64,000 nucleotides of DNA from a virus: the IMG/VR virus record IMGVR_UViG_3300042892_002669, positions 13,106-77,105 of that record; one strand, written 5' to 3'. Positions 20,001 through 29,087 of this stretch are shown in pieces; position 1 is the stretch's first letter; each line of letters opens with the position of its first letter. The position numbers and the translations under genes were made by a program. The notes under the pieces are model-generated. The model saw only the letters and a list, made by a program, of their open reading frames with translations, was not told the DNA's origin and did not search any database.

Positions 20001-21947
20001 GATATTTGGTTGTGCGTTTGTATAAACCGTACCTGCGACTAGTGCATTAGCTACCTGTCCAGTAATATTGGTACCAACGATTGACTCAGCACTGCCTGCT
20101 ATAACTGCACGAACCGCATTGGCTACGAAGCCGGTTACGTTAGCACCTGCTACTCGGTTTGATACGTTTGCAAAACTAACAGCACCAGTTACGTTAGCAC
20201 CTGCTACTGCGTTTGCAGTTGTTGCGAAACTTACTGCGCCTGATACATTAGCACCAGCTACGCTGTTAGCCGTAGTTGCGAAAGCCACTGCACCAGTTAC
20301 GTTAGCACCTGTTATATTAGCTAGACCGGCGGCGTTTCCACTAAATGTGGAAGTCAATACGCCTGTTACTTTATCAAAAGTTAATTTATTATCGGCGCCG
20401 ATTGAACCATTGTCATTAAACTGGACTTGCGTGTTGATTCCAGACGCTACCGCAGTTCCCAGCAGTGGGGGTTGCCAAGACAGGGTACCGTCACCTGCAG
20501 TGGTCAGTACATAATTAGTGCTGCCGCCTAAAATCTTTACATTGGCAACTGGACCTAGATTAGCGACTCCATCAACGTGTAATGATGTCAGATTGCCCAC
20601 TGTAGTAATATTTGGTTGGGCAGCAGTGGTTAATACTCCAGTGAAGTAATTGGCAGCTATCAAATTGGCGGCGCTGATGTCACCGGAACTCAGTGTAACA
20701 TCACTCATGGTAACACTAGTGGCATCTGCAGTTATCTGTTGAGTACCGATAAAAATAGACTTGCCGGTGGACATGTATACGTCTTTCCAGCGTTGAGCGG
20801 GAGATCCTAGGTCATATGTTAAGTCTATGCTTGGTATCAAACTAGTGGTTACATTGCCAGTTACGTTCAAGTCTTTAACATTGGCTGTGCCAGTGGTTGT
20901 TAAGTTTCCTGCTGTCAAGTTGCCAGTTACTGTGGCAATATTGCTTATGATTACGTTATTGGCGTTAACATTGCCTGTTATGTTTGCTGTAGTGGTAGCA
21001 GTGATGCTGGTAAATGCACCGGAGTTGGCTGTAACTGCACCAATCGCACCAGAGAACGATCCCTTAAAGGTATTGGCCGCTACGTTTTTGGTAGCTGTTA
21101 TGTTTCCAGTTACTGTTAATAAGTTGGTAACTCTGTTAAATGCTAGATTACCAGTGGCAACGAATACACCAGAACCATCACTTATTTGTATTTGATTGTT
21201 GGCTCCTGCTGACGCACCGGTGCCAGCCGCAAAGAATGCAGCGGTGGCTACACCACTATCAGCTACATATGCAGTGAATGCAGTGGCGTTTACTTGTTTA
21301 GTTGGGTCATTAAAATCTATGCTGGTATATAGGGCAAATGTGTTTGATGTTAGTACTTGAGCAAAGTATTTGTTGGTTCCCAGTTCACCAGCAGTTCTGA
21401 TTTGAGTCATGCCATCAACATCAACGATAGTGACCGGAACACCGGTGCTCAATTGATTTGGTGTAACTGTGGTAACTACTGCAGGATTGGTTTGTGATAT
21501 GTCTGCAATATCATATGTTACTACCCCTGCATTGGTCCAAGTTAAGTTACCTGTACCATCAGTCTGTAGTACATAGCCATTGGTTCCACCCAGTATCTTT
21601 ACATAGTCTGATTCGCCTAAATTGATATCAACTGTGGAAGCTGGGCCACCGCCGTTTACCCAAGCATAGTCTTTTGCTACCAGTAGTTGACCATCAGTTA
21701 AATCAGATACGTTAAATGTAGTATTGGCTGCGCCATCAATTTTGGCAAAGTTTAGCAGCGAAACTTCAGTTAGTACCTCTGTTTGAGTGGTAGTTCCACC
21801 CTCAGCTGGTGGATGCAATGTTGGATCATTGCCTATATATAGTCTGCGTTCGTCTGTGGCAAAGCCAAGCTCGCCCTCAGATAATTGGGGTAAATCTACG
21901 TTAGCCCCAGTGCGGTGTTGAATCCTTGAAATCTGTATGATTGCCAT
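17046..21947 (-). CDS. Large tail fibre/virion fibre protein (1633 aa)
   Basis: N-terminal IQHRTG...LPQLSEGELGFATDERRLYIG; repeated QPNITSVG, GANVTG, QVQFND and VL.TDG.G.LSW fibre motifs. Confidence 0.8.
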   Translation of the reverse strand: MAIIQISRIQHRTGANVDLPQLSEGELGFATDERRLYIGNDPTLHPPAEGGTTTQTEVLTEVSLLNFAKIDGAANTTFNVSDLTDGQLLVAKDYAWVNGGGPASTVDINLGESDYVKILGGTNGYVLQTDGTGNLTWTNAGVVTYDIADISQTNPAVVTTVTPNQLSTGVPVTIVDVDGMTQIRTAGELGTNKYFAQVLTSNTFALYTSIDFNDPTKQVNATAFTAYVADSGVATAAFFAAGTGASAGANNQIQISDGSGVFVATGNLAFNRVTNLLTVTGNITATKNVAANTFKGSFSGAIGAVTANSGAFTSITATTTANITGNVNANNVIISNIATVTGNLTAGNLTTTGTANVKDLNVTGNVTTSLIPSIDLTYDLGSPAQRWKDVYMSTGKSIFIGTQQITADATSVTMSDVTLSSGDISAANLIAANYFTGVLTTAAQPNITTVGNLTSLHVDGVANLGPVANVKILGGSTNYVLTTAGDGTLSWQPPLLGTAVASGINTQVQFNDNGSIGADNKLTFDKVTGVLTSTFSGNAAGLANITGANVTGAVAFATTANSVAGANVSGAVSFATTANAVAGANVTGAVSFANVSNRVAGANVTGFVANAVRAVIAGSAESIVGTNITGQVANALVAGTVYTNAQPNITSVGTLTSLTSIGNVSLSGANISLGAVSNVRILGGTAGYVLRTDGSGNLSWVVQSAGSGGSETTPGGDDTQVQFNSAGSFAGSSGLTYNNSTKTLSVDYIIANGVGLTSIAGANVTGEVTFAATANAVTGSNVSGAVGLATYATTANAVTGANVSGAVANATNAAALLTTLTNTGTAYIPFISDTTTGNYAHLSNASFSANLANGAIIATTFVGALSGAATSATTAGTATTAGTVTTPAQPNITSVGTLTSLSVTGTATAGNLSTVGTLAAGDATISGNLTVSGVTITANVETMVVKDPIIEQGGNTTGVLESNDGKDRGQLLHYFTTEPVDAFMGWDNNAGEFVFGSNVSVASDVVTFNTLGNVRAGNFIGNVSGNIIATSTANLGAVANVTITGGTSGYMLSTDGLGVLSWQNPKSAPGSDKQVQFNDSGVSNTSSALTFDKTTGRLTATAFYGSAAGLTSIPAANVTGTVASATSATTAGTVTASAQSSITSVGILTELRVDGNLTSNGNLIVTRLANLGPLSNVTITGGTAGYVIQTDGTGILSWVAQPDVNPGGASQQVQFNDAGAFGGDSQLTYAKTTGRLTANLFSGNGAALTNLNASNVVGTVATATSATTAGSATTATTAGTVTTAAQPAITSVGSLLGLTVHKDGQYTIPGDNTSLIWDPDLVSITGYHGATHGIYFTSLTNGFTMLSDTNADFIAYPYMEGSGLGVNDKDNKVTIWNGGYQTTTVDAVGSVVPGTTASQNLGAKAGSIASLDIISGTPAAAKTFAESWIVSQSSPTGELNPLVATSGSGADASFEVYTTPASVGGQVYKVRINALGSGYASINKTFVNTTGISLVVNDISGITQQMAVTGAGFTSGQRVVTIDSLTNTLTLTAAADSTTSSGSTLTFNDTVTIFGSALNGTDGVNDLILAVVPTLDLHWKNLYVSDVTMKNEANTWTMMPGSDGLYIINNSTGAKFKITMTSVPTGGPNPIGV

Positions 21948-22002
21948 AGTATAGTTCTTATAAGAAGATGTATACTATTTATCAAACTTTTTGAGGTTTA
22001 TT

Positions 22003-22689
22003 TTATAGCAGTTTCATGTAATATTGCTCTACTCGTCTGAACCACAAGTCAACATAGCTGTCAAACTCGTTGCCTTCAACCACAAACTCCAGATATTGAA
22101 AGTCAGGAGTACACATGAAGATAACACCCTTGCGGATCTTGGTTCCATGCAGTTCATTGTGTGCTGTGGCATATGCAGCAGACTGTACAAAGTAGTCAGT
22201 GATCCATTCACGTTTTTTGACTTTATTGCTCTGTTTGTGGTCCATGATGGCTTCGTCGCCATTGTGTACGCCACACAAATCAGTGGTACCTGCGTATATC
22301 TTGGGGAAGTATAATGGCACTTCTACACCCCAGTATTCATTGCAGTTGACCAGTCCTTTAGAAATAATCTCTTTGGCCATGGTATGGCTTTGTAGACTGT
22401 ATGGATTAGTGCCTGGGTCAGTTAATATGCCAGTCTTGATGTAATCCTCAAGATACTTGTGCATGCGTGTGCCGCGGCCCGCAGCTTCGGTGGTAATCTC
22501 CTGTGCTTTCTGCACACCCACACGCTTGCGCCACTCATGCAGTGCTTGTTTGCTTTCCTCTGTTTTAGTTGCGTCTAGGATTGTTGTTACGCTGGGTAGT
22601 TTTTCACCGTCTGGTGTAGCGTATTTGCGGGAACCGTCAATGGTTTCTCGGTTGATGCTTACATATTTGAATTTGTTGGGAGTGTACAT
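22003..22689 (-). CDS. PD-(D/E)XK exonuclease (lambda-exo/MGME1-like)
   Basis: LPSVTTIL, RGTRMH..LE, E.PLY...YAGTTD, DHKQS, YFVQ..AY. Confidence 0.85.
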   Translation of the reverse strand: MYTPNKFKYVSINRETIDGSRKYATPDGEKLPSVTTILDATKTEESKQALHEWRKRVGVQKAQEITTEAAGRGTRMHKYLEDYIKTGILTDPGTNPYSLQSHTMAKEIISKGLVNCNEYWGVEVPLYFPKIYAGTTDLCGVHNGDEAIMDHKQSNKVKKREWITDYFVQSAAYATAHNELHGTKIRKGVIFMCTPDFQYLEFVVEGNEFDSYVDLWFRRVEQYYMKLL

Positions 22690-22733
22690 GTAGCTATTAT
22701 ATTATGTTTTGTAACATAATGCAACGCATTTGG

Positions 22734-23054
22734 TTAAACGGTGAAACTTGACCCACATCCACATGCAGCTTTTACATTGGGATTTTTAATTACGAATTCT
22801 GCGGAAGTCAATGTTTGTTTGTAATCAACTTCTGCTTCTTGTAGGTATTGCATTGATATTGCATCTACTACTACGCTGATTCCATCTTTGTCAAATCTTA
22901 AATCATCTTCTTCAATTATATTTTCTAGAGAGAATCCATATTTAAATCCTGAACAACCACCGCCCTCAACGAAAATTCGCAGCATGGCATTGGGTTCATC
23001 CTCATTGATGATTGATTTGATTTTTGATACTGCTGAGTCAGTTATTGTTATCAT
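22734..23054 (-). CDS. erpA: A-type Fe-S cluster carrier (ErpA/IscA/HesB family)
   Basis: ITITDSA..KI, LRIFVEGGGCSGFKYGF, VVDAISMQYL, NPN...ACGCGSSF. Confidence 0.92.
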   Translation of the reverse strand: MITITDSAVSKIKSIINEDEPNAMLRIFVEGGGCSGFKYGFSLENIIEEDDLRFDKDGISVVVDAISMQYLQEAEVDYKQTLTSAEFVIKNPNVKAACGCGSSFTV

Positions 23055-23377
23055 TTGGCTGCACGTTTAGCCATTTTTGAAACTATGGATTCTGCTTCAT
23101 CAGGTTCAATCACTGCCGCTTGAGCACGCTGTCCTTTAAAGATAACGTCATTGCCCTTGATGTCATCTATGATATTTTTTAAAGGATCTTTTTTAATCAT
23201 ATCATAGATGTCAGAACGGTCTATAATGATATCATTGTCTTTTAGCAGAGACAACAATGTACCAGTGGTCATGGGTTTGTCTGAGTTGGTATCAGCCATA
23301 CGTGACTTAAGTTGACTGACTACTGCAATCAACTTAGTACGCAATGGATCGTCATCACCAAATTCACACAATAACAT
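23051..23377 (-). CDS. Hypothetical protein
   Basis: 108-aa ORF, translationally coupled to both neighbours. Confidence 0.7.
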   Translation of the reverse strand: MLLCEFGDDDPLRTKLIAVVSQLKSRMADTNSDKPMTTGTLLSLLKDNDIIIDRSDIYDMIKKDPLKNIIDDIKGNDVIFKGQRAQAAVIEPDEAESIVSKMAKRAAK

Positions 23378-24084
23378 TACTTGCGCTTTCCGCGACCAAT
23401 GCTGGGAGCTGGGACTTCTTCTGGTTCTTCAGGCATTTCTGCACTGGCTTCCATATCTGGCATCTCTGCTTCTGGTTCCATTGGCATTTCACCCATGTCA
23501 CCCATGTCGCCCATCTCTCCACCAAATGCTGCGGCTGATTCTTGACCAGTAACCACGTTCATTGCGCCTTGTAGGCCCACTTTGGCTTGTTGCAGTGCTG
23601 CGCCCAGTGTGCTCAGTGCCTCAGTTGCTTGACCGTTGAACTGTTCGCCTTCATTGGTTCCGATCTCACTGTTAACACTGTCTACCACTGCTGGTAATTC
23701 TTTGACTAACATATCAGAAATGTTTTCAATCATTTTCTGAACAGTGTCAATCATGTCTTTGGCAGCTAGAACAACTTGAGCTTGTTCAACTCCTTCGTTC
23801 TCTACCACGATTCTGGCATTGTAGATTGGTCTAGCCTTTAATTCACCATACTGATGAAGTAGTGCTTGTTCCATAAAAATCAGCTTGAGATAAGCTGGAT
23901 TTTGCTCGCTTTGATGAATGCGATTGGACTCTTTGGTTTCTTTAATCAGAGTTTTTACTTTGGTGAGCATATTCTTTGTCTCGGACAAAGATAATTTCTC
24001 AAAGTTTGCTGTGGTATTAAAGTTCTCTTTAAGAGCTTTTTTAGCCATTTGGCTAGGCTTGTTGTTAAATTCGGTAAGTTTCAT
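23377..24084 (-). CDS. Coiled-coil, acidic-tailed protein; possible prohead core/scaffold component
   Basis: Start MKLTEF; LKE/VVE sites; acidic MGDMGDMGEMP tail ending in GRGKRK; late promoter at 24110-24117. Confidence 0.55.
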   Translation of the reverse strand: MKLTEFNNKPSQMAKKALKENFNTTANFEKLSLSETKNMLTKVKTLIKETKESNRIHQSEQNPAYLKLIFMEQALLHQYGELKARPIYNARIVVENEGVEQAQVVLAAKDMIDTVQKMIENISDMLVKELPAVVDSVNSEIGTNEGEQFNGQATEALSTLGAALQQAKVGLQGAMNVVTGQESAAAFGGEMGDMGDMGEMPMEPEAEMPDMEASAEMPEEPEEVPAPSIGRGKRK

Positions 24085-24127
24085 AGTTTTTCCCAAAATA
24101 CTTATAATGTATTTATCATTGTTTAAA

Positions 24128-24604
24128 TTATTTGCGTGGAGTTTGGCTGAACTTGGCCAACTGCCATCGCTTGGTTGCTATTACGTATGACTCCATCTCA
24201 GTTGTTATAATCTTGCGTTTACGCCTATCTTCACACAGCTTGTTGAAATATATAAATTTAGTGGCTGGATCTTTGGCTTTTTTGTCAAATCTTTCATATA
24301 ACTTGATGTTTAGATCAATGCCTGACAGTGATCTGTCCAGTTCCAATATTCTGTTGGCTTCATAGTGAGATCCACGATGATCCAATGTAGCCCAGGTAAC
24401 TGCATATTTCAATGAGCTGATTTGGTGGGTATAATCCAACGATATCTTGTGTACCGAATAGCAGCTATTTTCTGGTTCTATCATATACTTCTCAAACAAT
24501 CGGTAGCCATTGCCATCTTCTATGATAATGCTGTTCTTCAGATTATCGTATGTTTTGGCATTCAATACACGTTCAAATGCCTGGAACAGTTCCTTCTCAT
24601 TCAT
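24128..24604 (-). CDS. Hypothetical protein
   Basis: 158-aa ORF in the operon. Confidence 0.65.
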   Translation of the reverse strand: MNEKELFQAFERVLNAKTYDNLKNSIIIEDGNGYRLFEKYMIEPENSCYSVHKISLDYTHQISSLKYAVTWATLDHRGSHYEANRILELDRSLSGIDLNIKLYERFDKKAKDPATKFIYFNKLCEDRRKRKIITTEMESYVIATKRWQLAKFSQTPRK

Positions 24605-25052
24605 TTGTCAATACCTCAAAGTGTATGTTCTTGAGTTGTGGAGAACTGGACAGAAACAATGGCAGTTTATCGTATTCATTGTTTATTTTGATCATGGGCA
24701 CACTATCGCAGTCCATGTACAATGCCCCCAGATTATTGTCGTCCACGGTAAAAACGCCCACGTGGTTGACGTAGAAATTAAACTGCCAAATCTTCACAGT
24801 TTTCTTTTCTGTGTACCCTGACCCAAACTGTGCAAAATCTGACAACTTCATCTCTGCTACAATTGGTTCACTTATGTTTTCTGGCTGCGCCCTCAGAGAG
24901 ATCACCTGCACGATAGTGTCAAAGTTGCTCTGCATATTGCGTTTATTCTGCCACACAGCCGCACTCTCCGCTAAATCCAACGGAGGCTTACGACTGACTA
25001 TGTTAGTTTTTGTTATATTGAATAAAGTATAACATCTGATATTCATGCCCAT
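24597..25052 (-). CDS. Hypothetical protein
   Basis: 151-aa ORF; TTAAATA 4 nt upstream of the ATG. Confidence 0.65.
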   Translation of the reverse strand: MGMNIRCYTLFNITKTNIVSRKPPLDLAESAAVWQNKRNMQSNFDTIVQVISLRAQPENISEPIVAEMKLSDFAQFGSGYTEKKTVKIWQFNFYVNHVGVFTVDDNNLGALYMDCDSVPMIKINNEYDKLPLFLSSSPQLKNIHFEVLTNE

Positions 25053-25070
25053 ACTGTATTTAATAGAGGT

Positions 25071-25100
25071 AAAAAAACCCGAAATTAATTTCGGGTTTCT
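25071..25100 (-). terminator. Intrinsic terminator
   Basis: AAACCCGAAAT-TA-ATTTCGGGTTT inverted repeat followed by a U-run on the minus strand, after the 25117-25503 gene. Confidence 0.85.
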
Positions 25101-25116
25101 TGTAGAACGGCTTAGA

Positions 25117-25503
25117 TTAAGCTAAAGTGAAGCCACCAGTGGTAACATCAACTGCAGCTAGTGCGAAGCTGTCAACTGTGCCCAATGCACGAACAGCGAC
25201 TTGCAATGCAGCAGCAGTCCAAGCAGCAGCTGGGTACAGAGCGATGCTCATGATGCCATCTGCATTAACTTGATACATGTGAACAGTAGCCAATTGTGTT
25301 GCTGTTTTGATTACTGAATCAACTGCACTGTTAACACCCAATTTTGCTGATGGATCAGCTTTCAAGTCAAGCTTGAAGAAATCAAGCTTAGGACCAGCGA
25401 TTTGAACTGGGATACCAACTGCTGTTGCGCCTGAACCATTGGTTTGGTCGATTGCGAATACTGGCTTTACATCACCGTGAGTTTGTAATAGATTGTTTGA
25501 CAT
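25117..25503 (-). CDS. Small Ala-rich probable virion protein (possibly head decoration)
   Basis: Own late promoter, 5' hairpin, RBS and terminator suggest high expression. Confidence 0.6.
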   Translation of the reverse strand: MSNNLLQTHGDVKPVFAIDQTNGSGATAVGIPVQIAGPKLDFFKLDLKADPSAKLGVNSAVDSVIKTATQLATVHMYQVNADGIMSIALYPAAAWTAAALQVAVRALGTVDSFALAAVDVTTGGFTLA

Positions 25504-25570
25504 TTTATTTTTCCTTTAAAAGTGAGTCATGCAGACTCTACTTTTATTTATCATTTGTGTACGAAAAGGG

Positions 25571-26737
25571 TTACCTACCAGCTAAATTTTGACGACTGAA
25601 TCCCATTCTGTCTACAAATTTTAAGTTGTTGGATACAAACCCCTCTTGTGTCTGTGTACCATCCTGTAAGTATCCCTTTATAGGACCAACTTCAGCTTGT
25701 TTTGCCAATTGATCGACTACCAGCATCTTTAGCTTGTACAATTGAACCCAAATGATGAACGCAGCCTTGACTTCGTTCTTTTTAGTGGGCAGATAAGCCA
25801 ACAACTTGGCTTTCATGGTTTCAGTGAAGGGTCTGGATTGCACAAACTGCAAAAAATCAGAACCCATGCTGTTCAAGTTTCCAGCTACGATTCTCTTGTT
25901 CACGTATACAGTAAACAGTCCAGCAAAAGCAGTTCTGGCCTGAGGAGCACTGTTGAATAAGTCATCTACCATGGGACCATAGGTTTGTATGGCCTGTTCA
26001 GCAGCTTTGGACAGTGTGGTGTTTAATTTTAGTTTGGGAGGGTTTGGCATTGCACTGGGCACAATAGCAACATTGCTGACATTTTGCAAGCTGCCTATTC
26101 CACCATTTAGTGTGACTGCATCATCGGTGCTCATTGCATCGGCTTCTATAAACTGATGCACTGCAATGCCTGCTACTTTTTTATCAAACAGCTTGCCCAA
26201 TTCACTATCTTGTTCTACTGTATAGGTAATACCATTGGGATTAGCCCTAAAGGTGTACATACCATCTTGTGCTTGCAGCGGGCTACTAAACAACAGGTCT
26301 CCCCAATAGTACCCAGGCTGCTTGGGTGTTGCTCGTTCAAGTCCGGCCCAAATAGATCCTATGATCTTGGTCAGATCCGATCTGACTACTCCACGATCTA
26401 CATCATACTTGGCAAATTGCTGCGGAGTATATATGGTTCTACCAACTCCACCAGCTTTGTTGAACATGTGCTTGTCCATGATACTGAATCTACCAGCAGA
26501 ATCTCTGCCAAATATCAGTGCAGGATATCCATCCCATTTAATAGTTACAGTTTTGGGATTTTGCACTGTGGCCAGTATTGATCTCAGTGCAGCTTGTGCA
26601 CCACTGGATCCAGCAGTAAATATCAAATCCTCTGGGTGATCCAGATGTCCTTTGGCTTCAGTGACTGGTACTGTGTTTATTTGCTCTAATTTTTCAATTA
26701 AAGATGAGATGTCTTCGCTCATATTATAATCTTGCAT
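25571..26737 (-). CDS. Conserved phage protein with a ligase-like KxDG motif
   Basis: HLDHPED, TIKWDGYPALIFG, WGDLLF, NPNGITY, EGFV, KFVDR..FSR.N. Confidence 0.65.
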   Translation of the reverse strand: MQDYNMSEDISSLIEKLEQINTVPVTEAKGHLDHPEDLIFTAGSSGAQAALRSILATVQNPKTVTIKWDGYPALIFGRDSAGRFSIMDKHMFNKAGGVGRTIYTPQQFAKYDVDRGVVRSDLTKIIGSIWAGLERATPKQPGYYWGDLLFSSPLQAQDGMYTFRANPNGITYTVEQDSELGKLFDKKVAGIAVHQFIEADAMSTDDAVTLNGGIGSLQNVSNVAIVPSAMPNPPKLKLNTTLSKAAEQAIQTYGPMVDDLFNSAPQARTAFAGLFTVYVNKRIVAGNLNSMGSDFLQFVQSRPFTETMKAKLLAYLPTKKNEVKAAFIIWVQLYKLKMLVVDQLAKQAEVGPIKGYLQDGTQTQEGFVSNNLKFVDRMGFSRQNLAGR

Positions 26738-27413
26738 CCTGTTGTTGTTTAATAGCAGCAGTCAATTTTACTAAATCAGCATCTGACAATTTAGGCAGTA
26801 AATCTGAAACTGATTTTAGCGACACTGTTCCTGCTTCTGCGGCTGGTGTTTCTTCCTTAGGAGTACTTGCTTTGATTGCTTGGAATAGCAATTCGCCAAT
26901 GTCCTTAAGTTCGGCTGTGCCACGGGTAGATTGGTAATTCTTTGCCAGCTGGTTACACAGATTCATTATGTCATAATCGTACGGTGCTATATTTACTCCG
27001 GCGGCGTACTGTTTGATAACCTTGTTCAAGTATCCTGCCAGATCAAATTGATCTGGGCTGGTTCCTGATTGCAGGATACGTTGATTTTCTGCCTTGACCG
27101 CATCATAGTTGGGATCCGTGGGGTTAATCGTCTTGCCCCCATAAACTACAGGTTGGTTGGCCGCAATAGCCTGCATATTTTTCTGTGCTACTGTATAGGC
27201 TTGCTGTTGTTTTTGTATTTTGGGCCACACAATAGCTAACATGCCGCCGATTTTTTTGGTAAATTCACCGATAAAATGACTTTTTTTCAGAGCATCTTGT
27301 GCATATGTGGCACCCTTTGAGTATCCGGCTGCTGCTCCCAAGGTGCCTATTCCAGCCTTGATCCAATCAGTGATTGCTTCATTAATTGTGCTGTCAACTT
27401 CCTGGAGTTTCAT
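26724..27413 (-). CDS. Hypothetical protein (MKLQEV...INE leader)
   Basis: 229-aa ORF in a late operon. Confidence 0.65.
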   Translation of the reverse strand: MKLQEVDSTINEAITDWIKAGIGTLGAAAGYSKGATYAQDALKKSHFIGEFTKKIGGMLAIVWPKIQKQQQAYTVAQKNMQAIAANQPVVYGGKTINPTDPNYDAVKAENQRILQSGTSPDQFDLAGYLNKVIKQYAAGVNIAPYDYDIMNLCNQLAKNYQSTRGTAELKDIGELLFQAIKASTPKEETPAAEAGTVSLKSVSDLLPKLSDADLVKLTAAIKQQQDARL

Positions 27414-27648
27414 CTTTTTTCCGTATGCTTTTGCTGAATTTGGTCTGGTCTTTGCTTTTTATTGCACTGAGTAACTTACGTTCCAAAATACTAGCCCGGT
27501 CAGCATCATAGTGCTTGTTGATCATTTCTAGCAAATTGATCGCACTGGTGATAATGTTGTTGGCGCGGCTCTCTATGATATGACTAGTATCACGTTTGTC
27601 GCTCATAGCTTCCAGTTCTTCTAGTAAACTTTTTGTTTTTCGTTCCAT
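27394..27648 (-). CDS. Hypothetical protein
   Basis: Start MERKTKSLLEEL downstream of GATAAATA at 27669-27676. Confidence 0.65.
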   Translation of the reverse strand: MERKTKSLLEELEAMSDKRDTSHIIESRANNIITSAINLLEMINKHYDADRASILERKLLSAIKSKDQTKFSKSIRKKDETPGS

Positions 27649-27674
27649 ATTCGGTGTTCCTGTAAGTATATTTA

Positions 27675-29087
27675 TCACTTTTTAAGACTATTGAGCATTG
27701 CCCTCAGTTTTGTACTCTGCACTTCCGCTACCACTTTCTTCTCCGGGGCTGCATCCATAACTTCACTTACATGAGTAGGACTAACTACTTCACTGGAAAC
27801 CTTGAATTTACTCATAATTTGATTGGCTGATGACTGTTGATTATTGGCTGCATAATCGTCAGTTCCAGGGTCAGTAATTCTAAGTGTTTCTATGTTAAAT
27901 TCTAGGTCAATCTTCTGTCCAACACCACTACTGCTTCGGGTTTTCATCAATTGAATCTGATATTGACCACGCTCGCGCATACTTCTACTGGTAAAGATAC
28001 CTATCACGTTATCTGCTGTGTTGATCTTTGAGATACCACCACTAATATGACTGTGATCAAATTCAATTTCTTCCACTGCGCTACGATTCAACTGACTGGC
28101 TGTTACCAACAACACATTCAATTCTTTGGCTAGATTTCTAATTTCTTCTGCTACATACTTGTCTTTAATGAACAAATCACTGGGGCTTACTTTAGCACTC
28201 ACTGGCATCAACAAGTCCAAATAGTCAATACACAGGAAGTCCACTTTGAAGTTGGCTTGGATTTGCAGTTCTTTGCAATAAGCCCTGATATCATTCACTG
28301 TACTCTGTGCTGGCATATACTTGATACGAAAGTCACCCGACTTCTTGGCAGTCATTTTGACTTTCATTTCAACTGTGTCTAGTTCTCTGAAAATATCTCT
28401 GGCACCCACTGAAGTAACCATGCTGTCAATACGCATTGCACTCAAGCCTTCACTGAGTTCCAGTGTTAAGTATACGCCACTGAGTCCTTGCTGTGCCCAG
28501 TTCACTGCAAGATTTTGCATGAACAAGCTTTTACCTGAGCCAGATCCGCCTGCAAAGATTTGTAGTTCTCCACGATTGAATCCACCATACAGTGCTTTGT
28601 CTAGCACTGGCCAGCCTGTACTGACCTGTCCATTGTTGTTCTTTAGTTTCATCAGGCGAGCACGAGGATCAGAAAAGTAATCAGTACCCATGTCTTTGCT
28701 AATACTGATCTGAACTGCGTCTTTAATCAGTTTCTCCACAGGATCATAATCACCCTTCTCTAACAAGTCGGCTGATTTCAGAATGGCACGTTCTAGTTCT
28801 TGTCGTTTGGTAAACTGTTCAAACTCATCCAGAAACCATTCACAATGACCTTCACCCAAGTCGGCCACTGGCTCTAAATCAACACTGCATGATGCAGCGA
28901 TTTGACCAGGTTCAGGCAGCGTGTTATATTTCTCAGTGTGTTCCTTAAAGAATTTAACAACAGGTTTCAATGCCTTATCAAAGTTTTCAGGATTTACTAT
29001 GTTGGATACTCGGGTGTATAATTCACCGTCAGTAACCATCATGCGCAAAAACAACTTCTGAACTTCGAAATTATAATCTTTTAACAA
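27675..29087 (-). CDS. Replicative DnaB-like helicase (T4 gp41-like)
   Basis: STGW..LD, Walker A GGSGSGKS, YLTLELSE, IDYLDL, TASQLNR, KTRSS.G.G. Confidence 0.95.
   Translation of the reverse strand: MLKDYNFEVQKLFLRMMVTDGELYTRVSNIVNPENFDKALKPVVKFFKEHTEKYNTLPEPGQIAASCSVDLEPVADLGEGHCEWFLDEFEQFTKRQELERAILKSADLLEKGDYDPVEKLIKDAVQISISKDMGTDYFSDPRARLMKLKNNNGQVSTGWPVLDKALYGGFNRGELQIFAGGSGSGKSLFMQNLAVNWAQQGLSGVYLTLELSEGLSAMRIDSMVTSVGARDIFRELDTVEMKVKMTAKKSGDFRIKYMPAQSTVNDIRAYCKELQIQANFKVDFLCIDYLDLLMPVSAKVSPSDLFIKDKYVAEEIRNLAKELNVLLVTASQLNRSAVEEIEFDHSHISGGISKINTADNVIGIFTSRSMRERGQYQIQLMKTRSSSGVGQKIDLEFNIETLRITDPGTDDYAANNQQSSANQIMSKFKVSSEVVSPTHVSEVMDAAPEKKVVAEVQSTKLRAMLNSLKK

Noticed and set aside
17074-21195. 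Long antisense ORFs over the fibre gene (and likewise 57859-62565 and other short overlapping track ORFs)
   Set aside because: Shadow frames of Thr/Ala/Gly/Val-rich sense genes, with no RBS, promoter or motifs
22003-22689. Cas4 call for the exonuclease
   Set aside because: Lacks the one-plus-three Cys Fe-S cluster pattern; generic PD-(D/E)XK exonuclease
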